A DNA stretch of 64,000 nt, taken from NCBI GenBank assembly GCA_024102815.1, contig JAGFJJ010000069.1, forward strand, positions 271,116 through 335,115, in the 5' to 3' direction. The position numbers were made by a program, and so were the translations under genes. Shown piece after piece: positions 61,639-64,000 of the stretch. The number at the start of each line of letters is the position of its first letter. The first letter of the stretch is position 1. The DNA is from Phycisphaerae bacterium. GTDB taxonomy: Bacteria > Planctomycetota > Phycisphaerae > UBA1845. The notes beneath the pieces were generated by a model. That model ran no database searches, was not told where the DNA came from, and worked only from the letters and a program-made list of their open reading frames with translations.

Positions 61639-63789
61639 ATGGACGATTCCTTAATGTACGAACAGCATGAGACGAATGCAGCGCGCTCCAGAGCGAGCGC
61701 AACCTACGGCGCAAAATCGAACGGAGAGGAACACTCTCACGTTCGGGCTGCGCCGGAACGCCAATCCGGTTGGCTGCGCACCATCCCGCCGATCGTCGTC
61801 GCATTCTGTACGGGCGCCGTATTCCTACCGGTGCTCCTGGCAGGTTTCGTGTTCTGGGATGACTACGCACTTCTGGTTGCGAACACGCGCTATCAGCACC
61901 TATCGCAGGGTGGTCTGGCCTGGATGTTCACGACGTCCTTTGCCGGTCACTGGCAGCCGCTGACCTGGCTGAGCTTCTGGTTGGACTACCAGATCGCGGG
62001 CGTCAGCGCTCTCATGTTTCACTTATCCAACCTGGTTCTCCATATTGTCAACGCAGTACTCTTCTACTTTGTAGCGGAGAGGCTTCTCAACTGGGGCAAA
62101 CTGCATGATCGGCAGAATCCCGCTTATCCGCGTCTGCTTGCGGGCTGCTTCGCGGCGCTTTTCTTCTCACTTCATCCCTTGCGTGTGGAGTCTGTTGCCT
62201 GGATAGCTGAACGGCGCGACGTACTCAGCGGAGCGTTTTTCCTCCTGGCAATATTGGCGTGGCTTCAATTTGTCGAAGCGACCGGCCAATCCCGCGCCCA
62301 CCATACAAATGGCACTTCGGCATCGGAACGGTCGACATCGAACACAACTCGTTCGTCGAGCGCCTCGTCGCTCGTATTCTGGTACGGCTTAGGCCTGGCG
62401 TCGTTTGCCCTCTCACTGGGGGCCAAGGCGTCCGGCGCCATGCTGCCTGTCGTATTGCTCGTGATGGACATCTGGCCGTTCAGGCGGACAACGTGTACGG
62501 GCAAGACTCGAATGGGCTGCTGGAGCCGCCTTCTCCTGGAAAAACTCCCGTTCTTCGGTCTCGGCATCGCGGCCGGATGGCGAGCATTGATCGCTCAGGA
62601 CCGAGGAGGTGCCCTCTACGATCTGTCCCATCACGGCGTGCTGGATCGTGTCGCCCAAGCCATCCACGGGCTTGCGTTCTACCTGAACAAGACCGTGGCA
62701 CCCTTCGGTCTGGGACCGCTTTACGAAATCCCGGCGGACAGCGGACTCTTCGGAGGCGATTTGATTGCCACCTTGGTTGTCCTCGCCTTTGTCGTCATCG
62801 CCGTCGCGTTTCTCTCTCGGCGACGGCCGGCCATTGGCATTGCATTTCTCTGTTACGTTGTGCTGATTGGCCCTGTGCTGGGGTTCTTCCAGAGCGGCCC
62901 GCAATTCGTGGCCGACCGATACAGCTACCTCGCCACCATGCCGCTGGCACTCTTGGCGGGAGGCGGTCTCCTGCAATTCATGCGGACCCGCTCATGGCAA
63001 GGGTCGAGTCGCACACGAGCCATTGTATCCCTGATCATGGTCGCGATCCTGGTGGGATTGGGCCATCTCAGCATGGCGCAGACGGCCTACTGGGATAACG
63101 CACTTGCTCTCTGGAGCCGGGGCGTGGCGGTTTCTCCCGAGAGCCCCGTTGTGCATACCAACCTGGCCGATGCGTACGCCCGCTTTGGACAGGAGGGGAT
63201 CGAGCCAGCGATTCGACATTACGAAATCGCACTGAGCCTCAATCCCAAGGACGTTGTCGCCCTTGATCATCTGGGTCGAGTGCTGGAACGACAGGGACGA
63301 TCTGTTGACGCCGCTCAACTGTATGCCAGGGCTCTTTCGATCGACCCCACGCGAGAGCAGGCAGCGCTGGCGTTGGGGCAGATTCTGGCAGCGTCCGGGC
63401 GCGGAGCTCAGGCGGCCGAGGTGTGGAGGGAGGGGCTGCAGCATCATCCCGATTCTCTTGAACTGATGGACGCTCTTGCAGACCTCCTGGCGACCTACCC
63501 GGATCAGAACATTCGAAACGGTGCGGAAGCCGTCCGGCTGGCTGAGATTGCCAGCGCCGCCAGGGGGGATCAAGATCCTTTTGCACTGGTCCGTCTCGCG
63601 ACCGCCTGGGCGCAGCTTGGCAAATTTGACATGGCAGTCCGGGTGGCGGAGAAGGCCATGACACTTGGACCTGCCGACGACGCCGGGTTTCGGCGTGAAG
63701 TTCGGTACCGAATCGGGCTTTTCACGGCTGGCAAGCACTATGTCGCACCGGGGGGCACCGAACCGGTCCCTCGCCAGGGCCTTCCGTAG
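61639..63789 (+). CDS. TPR-tailed GT-C membrane glycosyltransferase (TMTC/DUF1736-like)
   Basis: FVFWDDYALLV acidic loop motif, HWQPLTWLSFWLDY, FHLSNLVLHIVNAVLFYF, HPLRVESVAWIAERRDVL. C-terminal TPR repeats (HYEIALSLNPKDVVALDHLGRVLERQGRSVDAAQLYARALSIDP...). Confidence 0.8.
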   Translation: MDDSLMYEQHETNAARSRASATYGAKSNGEEHSHVRAAPERQSGWLRTIPPIVVAFCTGAVFLPVLLAGFVFWDDYALLVANTRYQHLSQGGLAWMFTTSFAGHWQPLTWLSFWLDYQIAGVSALMFHLSNLVLHIVNAVLFYFVAERLLNWGKLHDRQNPAYPRLLAGCFAALFFSLHPLRVESVAWIAERRDVLSGAFFLLAILAWLQFVEATGQSRAHHTNGTSASERSTSNTTRSSSASSLVFWYGLGLASFALSLGAKASGAMLPVVLLVMDIWPFRRTTCTGKTRMGCWSRLLLEKLPFFGLGIAAGWRALIAQDRGGALYDLSHHGVLDRVAQAIHGLAFYLNKTVAPFGLGPLYEIPADSGLFGGDLIATLVVLAFVVIAVAFLSRRRPAIGIAFLCYVVLIGPVLGFFQSGPQFVADRYSYLATMPLALLAGGGLLQFMRTRSWQGSSRTRAIVSLIMVAILVGLGHLSMAQTAYWDNALALWSRGVAVSPESPVVHTNLADAYARFGQEGIEPAIRHYEIALSLNPKDVVALDHLGRVLERQGRSVDAAQLYARALSIDPTREQAALALGQILAASGRGAQAAEVWREGLQHHPDSLELMDALADLLATYPDQNIRNGAEAVRLAEIASAARGDQDPFALVRLATAWAQLGKFDMAVRVAEKAMTLGPADDAGFRREVRYRIGLFTAGKHYVAPGGTEPVPRQGLP

Positions 63790-64000
63790 TGCCGAGCCGC
63801 CAAGTACCCGGCGGGTTGACCACCCCAACCTCCCGAATTAACATGGAATGGGCCGTCGGCGTTTCGCATCGAGTTGCGTCTCAGGCAATGATGGTCCGGT
63901 TCGGACGGCGTTTCACAACGAGTAGCTGAAGAGGACAAGGCCAAACCAGAACGCCCGGGCTCACAAGGCCTACCGGCAATCGCTCCTCAACCTGCCCTTG

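Noticed and set aside
63738-63944. 68-aa minus-strand ORF at the window end
   Set aside because: It overlaps the 3' end of the TMTC-like gene, is short, and has no motif or RBS.
1-64000. Search by eye for tRNA/rRNA, CRISPR arrays, IS elements, integrases, prophage or defence-system genes
   Set aside because: No T-loop/cloverleaf candidates in intergenic regions, no regularly spaced direct repeats outside coding repeats, and no transposase, integrase, restriction or Cas-like translations. The single HNH protein stands alone without partners. A tRNAscan/Infernal and defence-finder run would be the decisive check.

Overview
This is a GC-rich (by eye roughly 60-65%), gene-dense bacterial chromosomal segment. 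I recognised no rRNA, tRNA, CRISPR array, transposase or integrase. The gene content looks Planctomycetota-like: a DapL-type aminotransferase, a PPi-type phosphofructokinase, several GT-C/GT39-like membrane glycosyltransferases, HDOD, YceH/DUF480, many lipobox lipoproteins, and giant exported proteins with BNR, FG-GAP and dockerin-like modules. That taxonomic placement is inference only.

Layout:
- 0-5.5 kb: an MFS transporter, two tandem GT39-like enzymes and a WecA/MraY-type transferase.
- 5.8-12.6 kb: HDOD, an orphan basic protein, a TPR lipoprotein, ispD, a PIN-TRAM protein and a MATE transporter.
- 12.65-21.7 kb: one minus-strand block of sigma70-family factor, Rrf2 regulator, sufB, rhodanese, sufC, sufD, sufS, sufU, a PSP1/RicT-like protein and sufT.
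- 22.0-25.3 kb: rpsB-tsf-pyrH-frr.
- 25.7-37.6 kb: lpxB, folK, dapL-like, hsp20, yceH-like, a GHL10-like lipoprotein, REC-GGDEF-HD-GYP, an HNH endonuclease, LOG, and a secreted S1 protease with a clean intrinsic terminator.
- 38.5-53.7 kb: the accessory-looking part (described below).
- 53.9-64 kb: pfp, a LuxR-type regulator with a degenerate receiver, two small Cys-rich secreted paralogues, coaD, pyrD, tatC, an orphan secreted protein and a TPR-tailed TMTC-like GT-C enzyme.

The accessory region encodes seven exported proteins built almost entirely from acidic Ca2+-loop-type repeats. These include TSP type-3 repeats, FG-GAP loops, dockerin-like tails and 37 tandem Cys-flanked EF-hand-like loops. 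Two genes also share a cohesin-like beta domain, and one protein ends in a sorting-signal-like tail. My best candidate for an undescribed system is a clustered cohesin-like/dockerin-like surface assembly.

Limits: everything is read by eye from the sequence and the ORF track. The ORF track opens ORFs at ATG, GTG or TTG, so several starts were moved to internal ATGs with SD or signal-peptide support. Domain boundaries are approximate (about +/-30 nt). Family calls rest on motif recognition, not searches.
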